Assembly: GCA_963716985.1 (NCBI GenBank)
Contig: OY970323.1
Span: forward strand, 736,001 to 800,000
DNA: 64,000 nucleotides
Reading direction: 5' to 3'
Source: an uncultured bacterium
GTDB taxonomy: Bacteria; Chlamydiota; Chlamydiia; Chlamydiales; SM23-39
Shown here: piece by piece, positions 27,036 through 37,842 of the stretch
Numbering within the stretch: the first letter of the stretch is position 1
Layout of the letters: every line of letters starts with the position of its first letter
The notes under the pieces: model-generated
Databases searched by the model: none
What the model saw: only the letters and a program-made list of their open reading frames with translations
Told to the model about the DNA's origin: nothing
Translations under genes and position numbers: made by a program

Positions 27036-27290
27036 AATTGCTCCTTCTTTTTATGTATTTTTTATTAATTTGTTAAACGTTTTGTTTTTGATTGTTTGGC
27101 TATAATAACAGAGTTGTTTTTACTAATCAATGGAATTTTTTTCTAAAATATTGATTATAAAAAACTTATAAAAATATAATTTTAAGTTTGTGGAGTTTTT
27201 GTAATTAAAATTTAAGTTCTGTGGGATGAAAAAAGAATTCATCAGGAGAAATTTTTTCAGAATAATAAATAAAATTAAAAAAATGGACAG

Positions 27291-29096
27291 TTAAAATTTT
27301 AAAGGCTTGTTTAGATAGCGGCGATAGAATGCAAATGACCCGATGCTGATGAAAATAAATCCTCCCCAAACAATCAGGTGGGGAAGCGCGAGGAAGCGGG
27401 TAGATGGCTGGGCAATTTTGCCGAAATGGCTCAGAGGCCAGAAAATCCAGAACGCTTTTCCACGAATATTGGCTTGGGGAACAAACCCAAAATCCCGACA
27501 GTCGGAGCTCATAGGATGATTGTCCCCCAAAGCAAGATACTTTCCGGGGGGGATGACTAGGCCATATTTATTGATGAATTCTTTATCCAATTTCCCGTCA
27601 GGAGCAAGGGGCGGTTTTTGGTCGATAAAAGGGTGATAACTGGTCGATAAAGAGGCTTTTTCCTTCTCTTGAAGGACAAAGGAGGACAGCTCTTCTTTCA
27701 GGAGAATAGGGTTTCCCATGAGGAAGAGATCTCCGTTCCGGAAATAGGCATACCTCGAAGGATTCAACACGATTTCAGCTTGGTAGTTCCACCGAATGCC
27801 AAAGTTATATAATATAGCGATCTGTTTTGGGTCTTTCCTGTAGAGGGGATGGGAGGAAGAGAGCCGAAAAGAAATGCCGAGGGGATAAATCGAATAGGCG
27901 GCTCCATTGAAGAATTCATAGGCACCGTCCGGAACGTCTAAGAGTGGGGAATCGATAATGCCGTGTGAATCGATACGAACAGCCTTTTTATTTTTGACGA
28001 CAAACCGAGAGGTAGTTATATGCTCCAAAATTTTTTCCAAGTGCTTGTCCGAGAGCGGAATAAGTGATGTGCTGGTAGAAAGCAAGGCATCGGACTTTTC
28101 CAATACATCGTTACGTAGCTTTGCACGATGAGTATCGGGGTGGTGCATGAGTAGAAGATAATAGGAAGAACGTTCTTTGGGGTGATAGGGTTGCGCATCT
28201 TTTTCCGATATAATGCAGGAGGTGGCAAAATTTTGAAATCCCCAGAGTTCGTAATAATGTTTGATCAGCGAGCTGTTTTTTACAAGGCTGCTTGGGAAGG
28301 GAAAAAGCTCTTCGCGCAGTTCCCCTGAAGGGGTTGGAGTCAGACTAATGATGGGTTCGTTAAATTGATACAAAAATTGCGAGGGAATAGGGGAGTTGTT
28401 GGGAAAGTTTCCTTCAAAACGAATGAAGGGGACATGCTCGATCTTCTCAAACCAGGGTTTGTTAAAATCTTGAATCTCTTCTCCATCCTTATCAAATCCA
28501 TAGAGCTTGCCTCCATAGAAATAAAGGATATCTCCCGGTTTTCCAACCAGTCTTTTGACATACTGTTTTTTCCCTGGAAAGAGAAGGAAATAGGTGGTGT
28601 CTGCATTTGGAATTTCCATCTTGTCTCCGGAAAAAACGATGATGTTTCCTCGTTTGAGAAGGGACGGGTCAAAATAATAATGGGAGGTTCTTCCGAGCGT
28701 ATTCACTCCAAAAGCGGATTTTGAAACGACAAGATAGTCTTTTTCCTTGAGCGTTGGACGCATCGATCCTGAGGGAATGATGTAAAATTCTAAACAGGTC
28801 TGCCTCACCACAATAGCTACGCAAAGAGCAAAGAGAAGCGCGCCCAAGAAATCCAGCGTTTTATCAAAAATATTTTTGGGAAGATATTCATAAGCGAGCT
28901 GATTTGCTTGCCTGGCGAGTTGATTGCTTGAATCGTGATCTGTTGCTTGAATTGCTTGCTCAAGGGACAAGAGAAGCATTTCCATCCGTTTTTTTTGCAT
29001 ATCCAGAAGCTTTTTTTTCTTTCGCTTATAGAGAGAGAAGGTCTGTTTTAGAATCTTTTGGCACTTACCTAAAGAATAAAGCCTTTGATTACTCAT
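27291..29096 (-). CDS. lepB: Signal peptidase I (long chlamydial type)
   Basis: IPSGSMRPTL, YVKRLVG.PGD and LGDNHPMSSDCRDFGFV motifs. Confidence 0.95.
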   Translation of the reverse strand: MSNQRLYSLGKCQKILKQTFSLYKRKKKKLLDMQKKRMEMLLLSLEQAIQATDHDSSNQLARQANQLAYEYLPKNIFDKTLDFLGALLFALCVAIVVRQTCLEFYIIPSGSMRPTLKEKDYLVVSKSAFGVNTLGRTSHYYFDPSLLKRGNIIVFSGDKMEIPNADTTYFLLFPGKKQYVKRLVGKPGDILYFYGGKLYGFDKDGEEIQDFNKPWFEKIEHVPFIRFEGNFPNNSPIPSQFLYQFNEPIISLTPTPSGELREELFPFPSSLVKNSSLIKHYYELWGFQNFATSCIISEKDAQPYHPKERSSYYLLLMHHPDTHRAKLRNDVLEKSDALLSTSTSLIPLSDKHLEKILEHITTSRFVVKNKKAVRIDSHGIIDSPLLDVPDGAYEFFNGAAYSIYPLGISFRLSSSHPLYRKDPKQIAILYNFGIRWNYQAEIVLNPSRYAYFRNGDLFLMGNPILLKEELSSFVLQEKEKASLSTSYHPFIDQKPPLAPDGKLDKEFINKYGLVIPPGKYLALGDNHPMSSDCRDFGFVPQANIRGKAFWIFWPLSHFGKIAQPSTRFLALPHLIVWGGFIFISIGSFAFYRRYLNKPLKF

Positions 29097-29161
29097 ACGT
29101 CATTGGTTGGTGAAGCGGAGTAAAATGAGAATACGAGATGCTTTTTTTTGAAGCAACCCAT

Positions 29162-30160
29162 TTAATTGTCTTTCCAAAGAAAAGGCAGTCTTGAGACAGC
29201 CGCAAGTTCCTGTTTTTTTTCTGGCACTAAGACCCAATAATAAAGATGATCTTTTTGGAGGGTTTTGCTCAGGTCTTTAAATGAGAGGGACAAGGTGGTG
29301 AGATGTTCCTCTTTTTTGAGAGAAAAAGAGAGGGGGATAAGCTCTTTTTTAGAAACGGCTTCTAAAGCATAGAGAGAAAAATTTTTATAAAAAGTAGGGG
29401 CGGCGACAAAAATTTGAACTTCTTTTTTCTCGATCTTTTCTCTTCCCACAAAACGGGGCCGGGAGGGAGGGAGCTCCTTTTGCAAAGAGGTCAGATTTTT
29501 CCCCATGTCGATTCCTCTTAAGATGAGGCTCAAGTGCCCTGCGTCTACTTCCATCCAGAAGGGAAAGGCGGAGAGGTTCATGCGATCAAAATAGAGCTCG
29601 AGTCTTTTGGAGGAAAGTTCGGTTTGATCGTCCGGCCACCTAGCTTCAAAAACGTCAAAATCCTTTTTTTCTAGCTCCTTGCCATCGACAACAAGAGGAG
29701 GAATCCAGAGCGATCGCAAGTCGGCCTCTCCTTGCATGGGAGAAGGTCCTAGGCGCTTCCGTCGATCATTCGGAAGCACGGAAAGGGGTAGCTGCAAAAG
29801 AGTGGAAAAAAAACTTTCGTCCCGAGGGATATCAATCCAGGAATTTTCGTCATAAGAGTAGCACTGAAGAATATGGCCTGTACCTAAATCGATTTCAAAG
29901 GCAAGCCAGGAGCTGTGCAGAGGGGCGTTTTTTGCCACCCATTCTCTCCAAGAGAGCGATTGTTTTTTTCTCTCTGCTTGGGGAATGGAAATTTCCTCCA
30001 AAACGATCCTCCCTTCAGAAATGGCTCTGACCAGAAGAAGGGTGTAGGTTTTGTTTTGATGAGTGACGATGAAATCGCCGGTAGCGGCAGTCTCAAGTTT
30101 TTCCCGAAGAGAAAAACCCGAACAGATCAAAAAAAGAAGGACAGAAAAAACAAGTCTCAT
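29162..30160 (-). CDS. Conserved chlamydial exported protein (CT021-like)
   Basis: Signal peptide, GDFIV...LEEISIP motif; position upstream of lepB. Confidence 0.65.
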   Translation of the reverse strand: MRLVFSVLLFLICSGFSLREKLETAATGDFIVTHQNKTYTLLLVRAISEGRIVLEEISIPQAERKKQSLSWREWVAKNAPLHSSWLAFEIDLGTGHILQCYSYDENSWIDIPRDESFFSTLLQLPLSVLPNDRRKRLGPSPMQGEADLRSLWIPPLVVDGKELEKKDFDVFEARWPDDQTELSSKRLELYFDRMNLSAFPFWMEVDAGHLSLILRGIDMGKNLTSLQKELPPSRPRFVGREKIEKKEVQIFVAAPTFYKNFSLYALEAVSKKELIPLSFSLKKEEHLTTLSLSFKDLSKTLQKDHLYYWVLVPEKKQELAAVSRLPFLWKDN

Positions 30161-30233
30161 GAAAATGATTGTAAAAAAGAAGACAAAAAAAAGAAATGTC
30201 CGTTATACAGAAGATAGAATTTTTTTTTGAGGT

Positions 30234-30614
30234 TTGGCAATGCGTAGACATATTTTAATGTTTTTTTGTGTGACCATGGGCTTTTCCCTTGCCCTCACGG
30301 CTTTAAGTGGTGCGAATAAGGGAGCTTCTAGCACAACTCTATCAGAAGAAATGAAATGGGATGATGTAGGAAAGATCGATCAGAGAATTGGAGAGCTAAG
30401 ACAGATGAAGAGAGGGTATGAGTCTAAGGCAATTTATCATGACAATCAGGCGCAAAGGCTCCAATTTGATCAAGGGCAGTTATCTCTCGCTCAAAGACAT
30501 ATGAAGCTCGCCGATGCAAATCGCGATGTTGCGAAAAAAATCCAAGAGGAGATTGATCAGCTGCAGAAGAGAAAACAGGCTCTTTTGCAACAACGATCGG
30601 CTCCACAATCATGA
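30234..30614 (+). CDS. Hypothetical exported coiled-coil protein
   Basis: Signal peptide plus heptad-rich helix; overlaps the pncB start. Confidence 0.6.
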   Translation: MAMRRHILMFFCVTMGFSLALTALSGANKGASSTTLSEEMKWDDVGKIDQRIGELRQMKRGYESKAIYHDNQAQRLQFDQGQLSLAQRHMKLADANRDVAKKIQEEIDQLQKRKQALLQQRSAPQS

Positions 30615-32056
30615 TTTATAAAGAATCGCTATCGCTTTTAACGGATCTTTATCAACTGACGATGGCTTACGGGTATTGGAAAGCAAAAATCCAAGATCGC
30701 GAAGCCGTCTTTCACATGGTGTTTCGTAAACAGCCCTTTCAGGGGATGTTTGCTCTTGCTGCCGGGTTGGAGTATGTGATCGATTTTATCGAGCAGTTTC
30801 GCTACGCTCCAAGCGATCTTGATTATTTGCACTCGCTAAAAACCTCTTCCGGCAAACCACTTTTTGAGGAGGCATTTTTAGACTACTTGTCGCGGCTCGT
30901 TTTTTCCCTGGATATCGATGCACCTCCTGAAGGGACTCTGTTGTTTCCCCATGAACCTTTGATTCGCGTCAAAGGGCCTATTTTACAGGCGCAGCTTTTG
31001 GAAAGCCCTCTTCTCAATATGATTAATTTCCAGACGCTTATTGCAACCAAAGCCTCTCGCATTTGTTGGGAAGCTTTTCCGGCAGATGTGGTTGAATTTG
31101 GGATGAGACGGGCGCAAGGAATCGACGGCGCTCTTTCGGCAAGCAGGGCCGCATTCATTGGAGGGTGTGAGGGAACGTCGCATCTTCTTGCCGGCAAGCT
31201 CTTTCATATTCCCGTTCGGGGGACTCAGGCGCATAGCTGGGTCATGGCTTTTGAAAAAGAAGAAGAAGCTTTTTCTGTTTTCAACGACATCCTTCCCGAA
31301 AACTGTTTTATGCTGATCGATACCTATGATTCGATCGAAGGCGTGAAAAAAGCGATCAGGGTAGCCAAGAGACAGAAAAAAAAGCTTTTTGGCGTGCGCC
31401 TAGATTCCGGGGATTTGGCCTACTTAAGCAGTGAGATTCGTAAAATTTTAGATCACGAGGGCTTTTTCGATACAAAAATCATGGCGAGCAACGAATTGGA
31501 TGAGTATTTGATCCGGGATATGAAGCAGCAAGGGGCGAAGATTGACGTCTATGGAGTAGGGACCCATCTTGTCACCGGCAAAGATCAGCCGGCACTCGAT
31601 GGAGTCTACAAGCTTTCTGCGATCCGCTCTGCAAACGGGGAATGGGAATACAAGGTGAAAATTTCCGAACAGACGGCTAAGACGACAACTCCGGGCATAC
31701 TGCAAGTGAGAAGATTTTTCGATAAGGAATACTACTATGCCGACGCGATCTTTGATGAAAACAAAAAAAAACCCTCTTCTTGGACGCTTGTGGACACGCG
31801 CGATCCTGCGATCCAAAAAACCATTCCGAAGGAATTGGACTTTCAAGATCTCTTGGTCCCCATCTTTCGAGCGGGAAAATGCGTCTATAAAAAACCCCTG
31901 CTTTTAGACATACGCCAGAGGGCAAAAAAAGAGCTTGAGAAGCTGCCGCCTACCGTTCGCCGTCTGGTAAATCCGCAGAGCTATCAAGCAGGCTTTGAAC
32001 AATCCCTCTTCGAGACCAAGCGTTCGCTTGTCAAAAAAATGAGAAAGAGCGGTTAA
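30611..32056 (+). CDS. pncB: Nicotinate phosphoribosyltransferase
   Basis: LLTDLYQLTM, EFGMRRAQG, GTQAHSW, LIDTYD, GVRLDSGDL and YGVGT motifs. Confidence 0.95.
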   Translation: MIYKESLSLLTDLYQLTMAYGYWKAKIQDREAVFHMVFRKQPFQGMFALAAGLEYVIDFIEQFRYAPSDLDYLHSLKTSSGKPLFEEAFLDYLSRLVFSLDIDAPPEGTLLFPHEPLIRVKGPILQAQLLESPLLNMINFQTLIATKASRICWEAFPADVVEFGMRRAQGIDGALSASRAAFIGGCEGTSHLLAGKLFHIPVRGTQAHSWVMAFEKEEEAFSVFNDILPENCFMLIDTYDSIEGVKKAIRVAKRQKKKLFGVRLDSGDLAYLSSEIRKILDHEGFFDTKIMASNELDEYLIRDMKQQGAKIDVYGVGTHLVTGKDQPALDGVYKLSAIRSANGEWEYKVKISEQTAKTTTPGILQVRRFFDKEYYYADAIFDENKKKPSSWTLVDTRDPAIQKTIPKELDFQDLLVPIFRAGKCVYKKPLLLDIRQRAKKELEKLPPTVRRLVNPQSYQAGFEQSLFETKRSLVKKMRKSG

Positions 32057-32078
32057 GATCGCCTTTCTTGATTAATGA

Positions 32079-32420
32079 TTAGGTTTTTGCCTTTTTGATC
32101 AAGCTGATCGCCACGATCCCCGCGCCAAGAATAACAGCAGCAATTCCTCCCACATAGAGCCTATGGGCCATTTGTTCATAGGATTGGACCTGCTGCTCTC
32201 CTTCCTTTATTTTTTCCTGGCCCGCGTCAGTGACTTGCTTGCCCACTTCTTTTGCAACGGGGTTGAGTGAAAAGAGAGTGTTTGCCTGATTGATCTGCTT
32301 TTGCGCCTTGGAAATTTTGTTCTTTCCGGCATGGACTTGTTCGGTTATGTAATTGGAAAAAAGATACATAGATATACCGGCTATAAGAATGATGATTCCT
32401 AAAATTCTTTTCAAATTCAT
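32079..32420 (-). CDS. Small two-TM hypothetical protein
   Basis: N- and C-terminal TM helices; AGGAGA RBS. Confidence 0.65.
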   Translation of the reverse strand: MNLKRILGIIILIAGISMYLFSNYITEQVHAGKNKISKAQKQINQANTLFSLNPVAKEVGKQVTDAGQEKIKEGEQQVQSYEQMAHRLYVGGIAAVILGAGIVAISLIKKAKT

Positions 32421-32659
32421 GGCCTCTCCTGTAAAGCTTGCACTCATTTCTTTATTTATCGAAGGAGTGTTAAAAAGTAAAGCGATCGCTGGTTTTTGAG
32501 CAGATTTTTTTGGCCATTTTCACAATTTCGTCACTTGATGTCTTGGTACCCATCCCATTCTGTCCTCGAGACTTGCGAGCTCGGAATGATGGTTGATGAC
32601 GAAATGATGAAAGAGGCCCAATGAGACGATGGTGCTTTCTTTCAGACGAAATGAAGGAT

Positions 32660-32956
32660 CTACTGGCTTTCAAGAAACTGGGAAAGTAATTTTTTTCCCT
32701 TTTCCAGAGAGAGATCGGTGAGTAGGATTCGTTTCAGCCGGGAGGTGTGTCCTTTGAGGACATGGACACTCGATTTAGGAAGTGCAAAGACAGAGGCAAG
32801 AAGCTCGACCAACTCCTCGTTTGCCCGGTTTTTTTCCGGGGCTGCGTGAAGTCTAATTTTGAGATGATCCCTCTCCCATCCGAGGATCTTTTTTTGTTGG
32901 GAATGGGGTGTTATTTTTACTAAAAATTCAACCCCGCGATTGGTTGCTTGCAGCAT
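32660..32956 (-). CDS. DUF167/YggU family protein
   Basis: VKITP...LKIRLHAAPEKNRANEELVELLA...GHTSRLK. Confidence 0.85.
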   Translation of the reverse strand: MLQATNRGVEFLVKITPHSQQKKILGWERDHLKIRLHAAPEKNRANEELVELLASVFALPKSSVHVLKGHTSRLKRILLTDLSLEKGKKLLSQFLESQ

Positions 32957-33121
32957 AATCTTTGACACAACTGTTTTTCTTATGATATACTTTAGAAAAT
33001 TTTTTGAGTAAAAACATGGATTTATTTTCTTTTTCCTTTTGGGCTCATTATCATCCCCGGTAGGGGGCCGTTCTTTTTTTCTTCTCTCTTTTCGATCATT
33101 TTTAACAATTAGGAAAAAGCA

Positions 33122-34312
33122 ATGAAAAACATGCAACAAATTATCAGTTCTTCTCTCTTGATTGCCGGATGTGCAATCGGAGCGGGAATGCTTGGCATTC
33201 CTTTGATTACGCAGTCGGTGGGATTTGTTCCTGCCATGGCCATCACCTCGGCTGTTTGGCTTTTCATGATGATGACGGGCTTATTATTTCTCGAAGCCAC
33301 TCTTTGGATGCCGCCGGGCGCCAACATTCTTTCTATGACCCACCGTTTTTTGGGAAGAGGAGGAAAGATCCTGAGCGGCGCGACATTTCTCTTTCTTTAT
33401 TACTGCTTGATGGTGGCCTATTTTTCTGCAGGCTCGCCCCTTTTAGGCTCTTTTTTAACGATGGTCACAGGAGCTGAGCTTGGGGGATTCTCTTTGAATC
33501 TTTTCTATGGCGCGCTTTTTGCATTTCTTGTGGGGGCCGGGTTGAAATGGATCGATCGGGCCAACTATGTTCTCATGCTTGGCCTGATCGCTTCTTATGT
33601 GGGCCTTATCGTTGTAGGATCTCCTGCCGTAGAAACAAAAAGGCTGATGGGACAAAACTGGTCGCAAATCTTATGGGCGACTCCCATCCTATTTTCTGCT
33701 TTTGGCTATCACAATGTGATTCCCTCTCTAACGACCCACTTTGAGAGCAAGGGAAGGGTGATGCGCCTTTCGATCTTTTTCGGAACGTTGTTGACCCTGG
33801 TTGTCTATGCTCTCTGGCAATGGCTGATCATCGGCTCCGTTCCGGAAGAGCTCCTCAAAGAATCTCTCCAAAAAGGAGAGCCGGTGACCTTTGCGCTTGT
33901 GAGACTAACAGGCCATCGCTGGATCGTAAGTCTTGGCAGCGCATTTAGTTTTTTTGCCATCGTGACTTCGATGCTTGGGGTCTCTTTTTCACTGGTCGAT
34001 TTTTTGGGAGACGGGCTCAAAATGAGAAGAAAAGGAATGCATCGCTGGATTTTGTGCGCTGCCACTTACATCCCCCCATTGATCGTGACCTCCTTGAACC
34101 CTTCGCTGTTTCTTTTGGCGATCGGTATTGCGGGGGGTTTTGGAGAAGCCTTTTTGAATGGCATCCTGCCTGTTTGGCTTGTTTGGCAGGGGCGCTACAA
34201 ACAAAAATTGGCCTCTGAAGTTCGTTTGGGAGGAAAGGCTTTTTTATTGTTTCTCTTGATCGCGGGAGCGGTTGTGATGGTGGTAGAATTTTTTGCTCTT
34301 CTGCATTTTTAA
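33122..34312 (+). CDS. tyrP: Aromatic amino acid permease (TyrP/Mtr family)
   Basis: LLIAGCAIGAGMLGIP and FGYHNVIPSL motifs; about 11 TM segments. Confidence 0.85.
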   Translation: MKNMQQIISSSLLIAGCAIGAGMLGIPLITQSVGFVPAMAITSAVWLFMMMTGLLFLEATLWMPPGANILSMTHRFLGRGGKILSGATFLFLYYCLMVAYFSAGSPLLGSFLTMVTGAELGGFSLNLFYGALFAFLVGAGLKWIDRANYVLMLGLIASYVGLIVVGSPAVETKRLMGQNWSQILWATPILFSAFGYHNVIPSLTTHFESKGRVMRLSIFFGTLLTLVVYALWQWLIIGSVPEELLKESLQKGEPVTFALVRLTGHRWIVSLGSAFSFFAIVTSMLGVSFSLVDFLGDGLKMRRKGMHRWILCAATYIPPLIVTSLNPSLFLLAIGIAGGFGEAFLNGILPVWLVWQGRYKQKLASEVRLGGKAFLLFLLIAGAVVMVVEFFALLHF

Positions 34313-35664
34313 GGCTTTCTACTTTCCGGAGAGAAAAAGAGGGTCACTCGGCCCTCTTTGTCGATCTGATAGGCGGCTTGATTCAAATCGAGCGGGTGTT
34401 CGTTTGCAAATTGCGATGCTTTCTGAAAATCGAGGGAGATCTTTGGATCCAATAGACCGAGCTCTACTCTCTCGTATGCATCTTTGAGAATTTGCGCCAG
34501 AAGAGGGAGCGCAAGGCCTACGGTATTTTTCAACTTTTCTTTTGTGGTGGATCCGGAAGAGGGACTGTTGAACACGTTCATGAGAAAATGCGACAAGCAG
34601 GTGGGTGCGGCTTGCAATGCTTTTTTTTCCTGGAATTGCAAAAGGATCGATTCTCTTTGGGCATAAGAAAGCCCGTGAAAGGCTTCTTTTAAAAGAGCTC
34701 CTTCATGAGGGGAAAAAAGGCGCAAGAGAGCGGCAATGCGGACGAAGGAATAATCGGAGGATTTTTTGAGCTCCAGGTGGAGCTGGTTTGTTCTTTTCTC
34801 GATGCAATAAAAGTAGGCGTCCTCCTCTTGTTTTTTGGGAAGTAGAAGCAAACGGCAGCTTTCTCGAGTGGTTTGGAATGCAAGATAGGCCTCTTCCGTA
34901 AGCGCGAGGGAAGAAGAGGTGTCGAAATGGGCGAGTCCTCCTGCAAGGGTGCAGAGATAGACCAGGAGGCTGAAATCAAACGAGAGACATCCGTTTTTTT
35001 GCGAAGAGAGCTTTTCTTTGATGGACCGGAACATCTCTTTGCCCCCTTCCAGGTAAAAGATCGGGCCAAAATTGCCAAAGTGGGCAGAGGCGGAAAAAAA
35101 CTCGCTCTCCTCTTCGGAAAAGAGAGAAAATGAGGGGAAAAGCGTAGGCTTTTGCCGACATGCGGAAAGAAATGCTTTTGGGAAGCTATCGGAGGCGTTT
35201 ATACCAAAAGATGCGCGGAATTTTTCACTTTTTTCCAGGCCTTGCAGCAAAAGCGCTTTTTCGAACAGGGATTGCATTGTAGCTTTCGACAATTTTGGAT
35301 GGCCTTGAAGGATTTGAAGAGATAGCCGATGGAGGGCTAAAAAGTTCTCTTTTTGCAGGCAAAAAGAGGCAGGCTGGCCATGCGTCATCGCTTCATAGGA
35401 TCTGTCGCTTCCCTCTATTATCCACTCAAAACATCTGAGCGACAACAAGATCTGGCCCCATTCGACGCATTCTTGGGAAAGGTTTTCTTCTTTGGGCAAG
35501 GAGCTTTCAGTTCCCTTGAGAAACAAGAGTTCGGGCATCTTCTGAAAATAGGAACAGGTGTTTGTCGTTTGCTCTGCAGCCGGTGGTGTTTTCTCAATCG
35601 GAAGAGGAAGCGTGCAAAGCGTTAAAAAAAGAAACATGGCCGACTTCCTATTTGCTAAAGCCAT
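34309..35664 (-). CDS. Hypothetical protein
   Basis: 451-aa ORF with no recognised motif. Confidence 0.6.
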   Translation of the reverse strand: MALANRKSAMFLFLTLCTLPLPIEKTPPAAEQTTNTCSYFQKMPELLFLKGTESSLPKEENLSQECVEWGQILLSLRCFEWIIEGSDRSYEAMTHGQPASFCLQKENFLALHRLSLQILQGHPKLSKATMQSLFEKALLLQGLEKSEKFRASFGINASDSFPKAFLSACRQKPTLFPSFSLFSEEESEFFSASAHFGNFGPIFYLEGGKEMFRSIKEKLSSQKNGCLSFDFSLLVYLCTLAGGLAHFDTSSSLALTEEAYLAFQTTRESCRLLLLPKKQEEDAYFYCIEKRTNQLHLELKKSSDYSFVRIAALLRLFSPHEGALLKEAFHGLSYAQRESILLQFQEKKALQAAPTCLSHFLMNVFNSPSSGSTTKEKLKNTVGLALPLLAQILKDAYERVELGLLDPKISLDFQKASQFANEHPLDLNQAAYQIDKEGRVTLFFSPESRKP

Positions 35665-35771
35665 TGTAGAAAAGAGTTTTTTTTTGTCGAAGAGAAGTTT
35701 TTGAAAAAATTTTATAGGAGGAAAGTTGTCTTAAGGTTATTTTAAGAAAAAAAGAGAAAAAGGTAGATGCC

Positions 35772-36119
35772 ATGGACCATCTGGAAAATTACGGACATAT
35801 TCTAGGACAAAATCCCCACAAGTATTTTCATAACCTATGTATTGAATTTAAAAAGATCCTGCAGAAATCCAAAGATCCCGCTCTATTGGAAATTGAAATG
35901 GAAAAATTGATCAATGCAAGTAAGCAGATGAAGTGGAAGACAGAAAAAAAAGAAATCTGGAAAAAGGACGAAGGGGAAAAAGTCCTTTGTAAGGTTTGGA
36001 ATGAATTTTCTCGTTACATGCAAGAGCTCAAGAAAAATCCCAAAAATGCGGTGGCCAAAGACCTGATGGACTCCCTTTGGGAAGTGGAGCGTTTGCTTGC
36101 GAGTTTAAAGGTTGTTTGA
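35772..36119 (+). CDS. Hypothetical helical protein
   Basis: 115-aa ORF with RBS, directly upstream of hcp. Confidence 0.6.
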   Translation: MDHLENYGHILGQNPHKYFHNLCIEFKKILQKSKDPALLEIEMEKLINASKQMKWKTEKKEIWKKDEGEKVLCKVWNEFSRYMQELKKNPKNAVAKDLMDSLWEVERLLASLKVV

Positions 36120-36145
36120 GTCTTTTTGAACAAATGGAGTTCTCT

Positions 36146-37777
36146 ATGTTTTGCTATCAGTGTGAACAGGCGTTTGAAGGAAAAGGATGCAGGGTTTCGG
36201 GAGTTTGCGGCAAAGATCCCACAACCGCAGCGCTGCAAGATCTTTTAGTCTATGCCGTAAAAGGGGTCGCGCAATATGCCCATCGAGCCGCTGCATTTCG
36301 GATTCGAGACATAGAGGTGGATAATTTCATCATTCAGGCGCTCTTTGCAACTGTTACCAATGTGGATTTCGACCCCAGAAGAATTGCTGATTTGATTATG
36401 CAAGCGGCCCGGATGAGAAAGAAGATCGAATCTTTGTACAAAGAAGGGGCTCCAATTGCCGAAAAACTCGTGGGGCCGGCAGCCCTTGAAGTGAAGGACT
36501 CGATCGATGCAATGCTCGATCTTGCCAAGGAGATTTCTATCCCCAAAAGAGAAGAAAAGTGGGGAAGCGAGTTTTCTGCGCTTGCGGAGCTGATTACCTA
36601 TGGCTTGAAGGGGGCGTGCTCCTATTTGCATCATGCCCTGATCTTCGGAAGAAGAGACATTCATGCCTATGCGATCCTTTGCGAAGCGCTCGATTTCCTT
36701 AGCTCCGAGCAGTTCACGCAAGCAAATCTTATGTCCTGGGTCTTCAAAACGGGGGATCTCAATTATCGCGCCATGGAGCTTTTAGATCGCTCCCACGTTG
36801 AGAGCTACGGTCATCAAAGACCGACCTCCGTCCGCATCACTCCCGTAAAGGGAAAGGCCATTGTCATCTCCGGCCACGACATGAAAGATCTCGAAGATCT
36901 TTTGAAACAGACGGAAGGCAGAGGCATTAATATCTATACTCATGGAGAGATGCTTCCTGGCCACGCCTATCCAACGTTAAAAAAATATTCTCATCTCGTC
37001 GGTAACTATGGAGGCGCTTGGCAAAATCAGCACAAGGAATTTTCCGAGTTTCCGGGATCGATTCTCATGACGACCAACTGCTTGCAAAGGCCGCAACAGG
37101 TATATCATGATCGTATTTTTACAAAAGGACTTGTGGGTTGGTCTGGCGTGCGTCATATTCCTGATGGAAATCTGTCCCCTTTGATTGAATCGGCGTTAAA
37201 ACAAAAAGGGTTTGAAAAAGAGGAAAAGCCGGAGTTTATCACCATCGGATATGCAAGAGGGAGTGTCCTATCCTCCCTCGATCGCATTGCCTCCCTTATA
37301 CAATCGAAGAAGATTCGCCATTTTTTCATGATCGGCGGATGCGACGGCGCCAAAATGGGGCGAAGCTATTATACCGACTTTGCCAAGTTAGTGCCAAAAG
37401 ACTGTATGATTTTCACACTCGCCTGCGGAAAATATCGTTTCAATAAACTCGCATTTGGAAAAATAGAAGAGTTTCCCCGTCTTCTAGACGTAGGTCAATG
37501 CAACGATGCCTATTCTGCACTGCAAATTGCAAGTGCGCTTGCGGCCAGGCTCAAGTGCAGCCTCAATGAGCTCCCTCTTTCCTTTATCTTTTCCTGGTAT
37601 GAACAGAAAGCGGTCGCGATTCTTTTGACTCTTTTGAGTCTCGGCATTCGCAATATTCGCTTGGGGCCCTCGCTTCCCGCCTTCATGACTCCGAGCCTAT
37701 TGAAGCTCTTGCATGAGAAGTTTCAGATAACGCCGATTACAACAGCAGAGGCGGATCTTCGCTCGATTTTGAAATGA
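36146..37777 (+). CDS. hcp: Hybrid cluster protein (hydroxylamine reductase)
   Basis: MFCYQCEQ...GC...GVCGK, SGHD, YTHGEMLP, GGCDG, GQCND and SWYEQKA motifs. Confidence 0.96.
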   Translation: MFCYQCEQAFEGKGCRVSGVCGKDPTTAALQDLLVYAVKGVAQYAHRAAAFRIRDIEVDNFIIQALFATVTNVDFDPRRIADLIMQAARMRKKIESLYKEGAPIAEKLVGPAALEVKDSIDAMLDLAKEISIPKREEKWGSEFSALAELITYGLKGACSYLHHALIFGRRDIHAYAILCEALDFLSSEQFTQANLMSWVFKTGDLNYRAMELLDRSHVESYGHQRPTSVRITPVKGKAIVISGHDMKDLEDLLKQTEGRGINIYTHGEMLPGHAYPTLKKYSHLVGNYGGAWQNQHKEFSEFPGSILMTTNCLQRPQQVYHDRIFTKGLVGWSGVRHIPDGNLSPLIESALKQKGFEKEEKPEFITIGYARGSVLSSLDRIASLIQSKKIRHFFMIGGCDGAKMGRSYYTDFAKLVPKDCMIFTLACGKYRFNKLAFGKIEEFPRLLDVGQCNDAYSALQIASALAARLKCSLNELPLSFIFSWYEQKAVAILLTLLSLGIRNIRLGPSLPAFMTPSLLKLLHEKFQITPITTAEADLRSILK

Positions 37778-37842
37778 TCAGAGAAGTTTTTGCTTTTCTT
37801 TGCCTCAAAGAGATATAGTTCCTCATGACTTTTGGAGTTTTT

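Noticed and set aside
32470..32673. 67-aa basic ORF downstream of the DUF167 gene
   Set aside because: No recognisable motif; it could be real but cannot be supported from the sequence alone.
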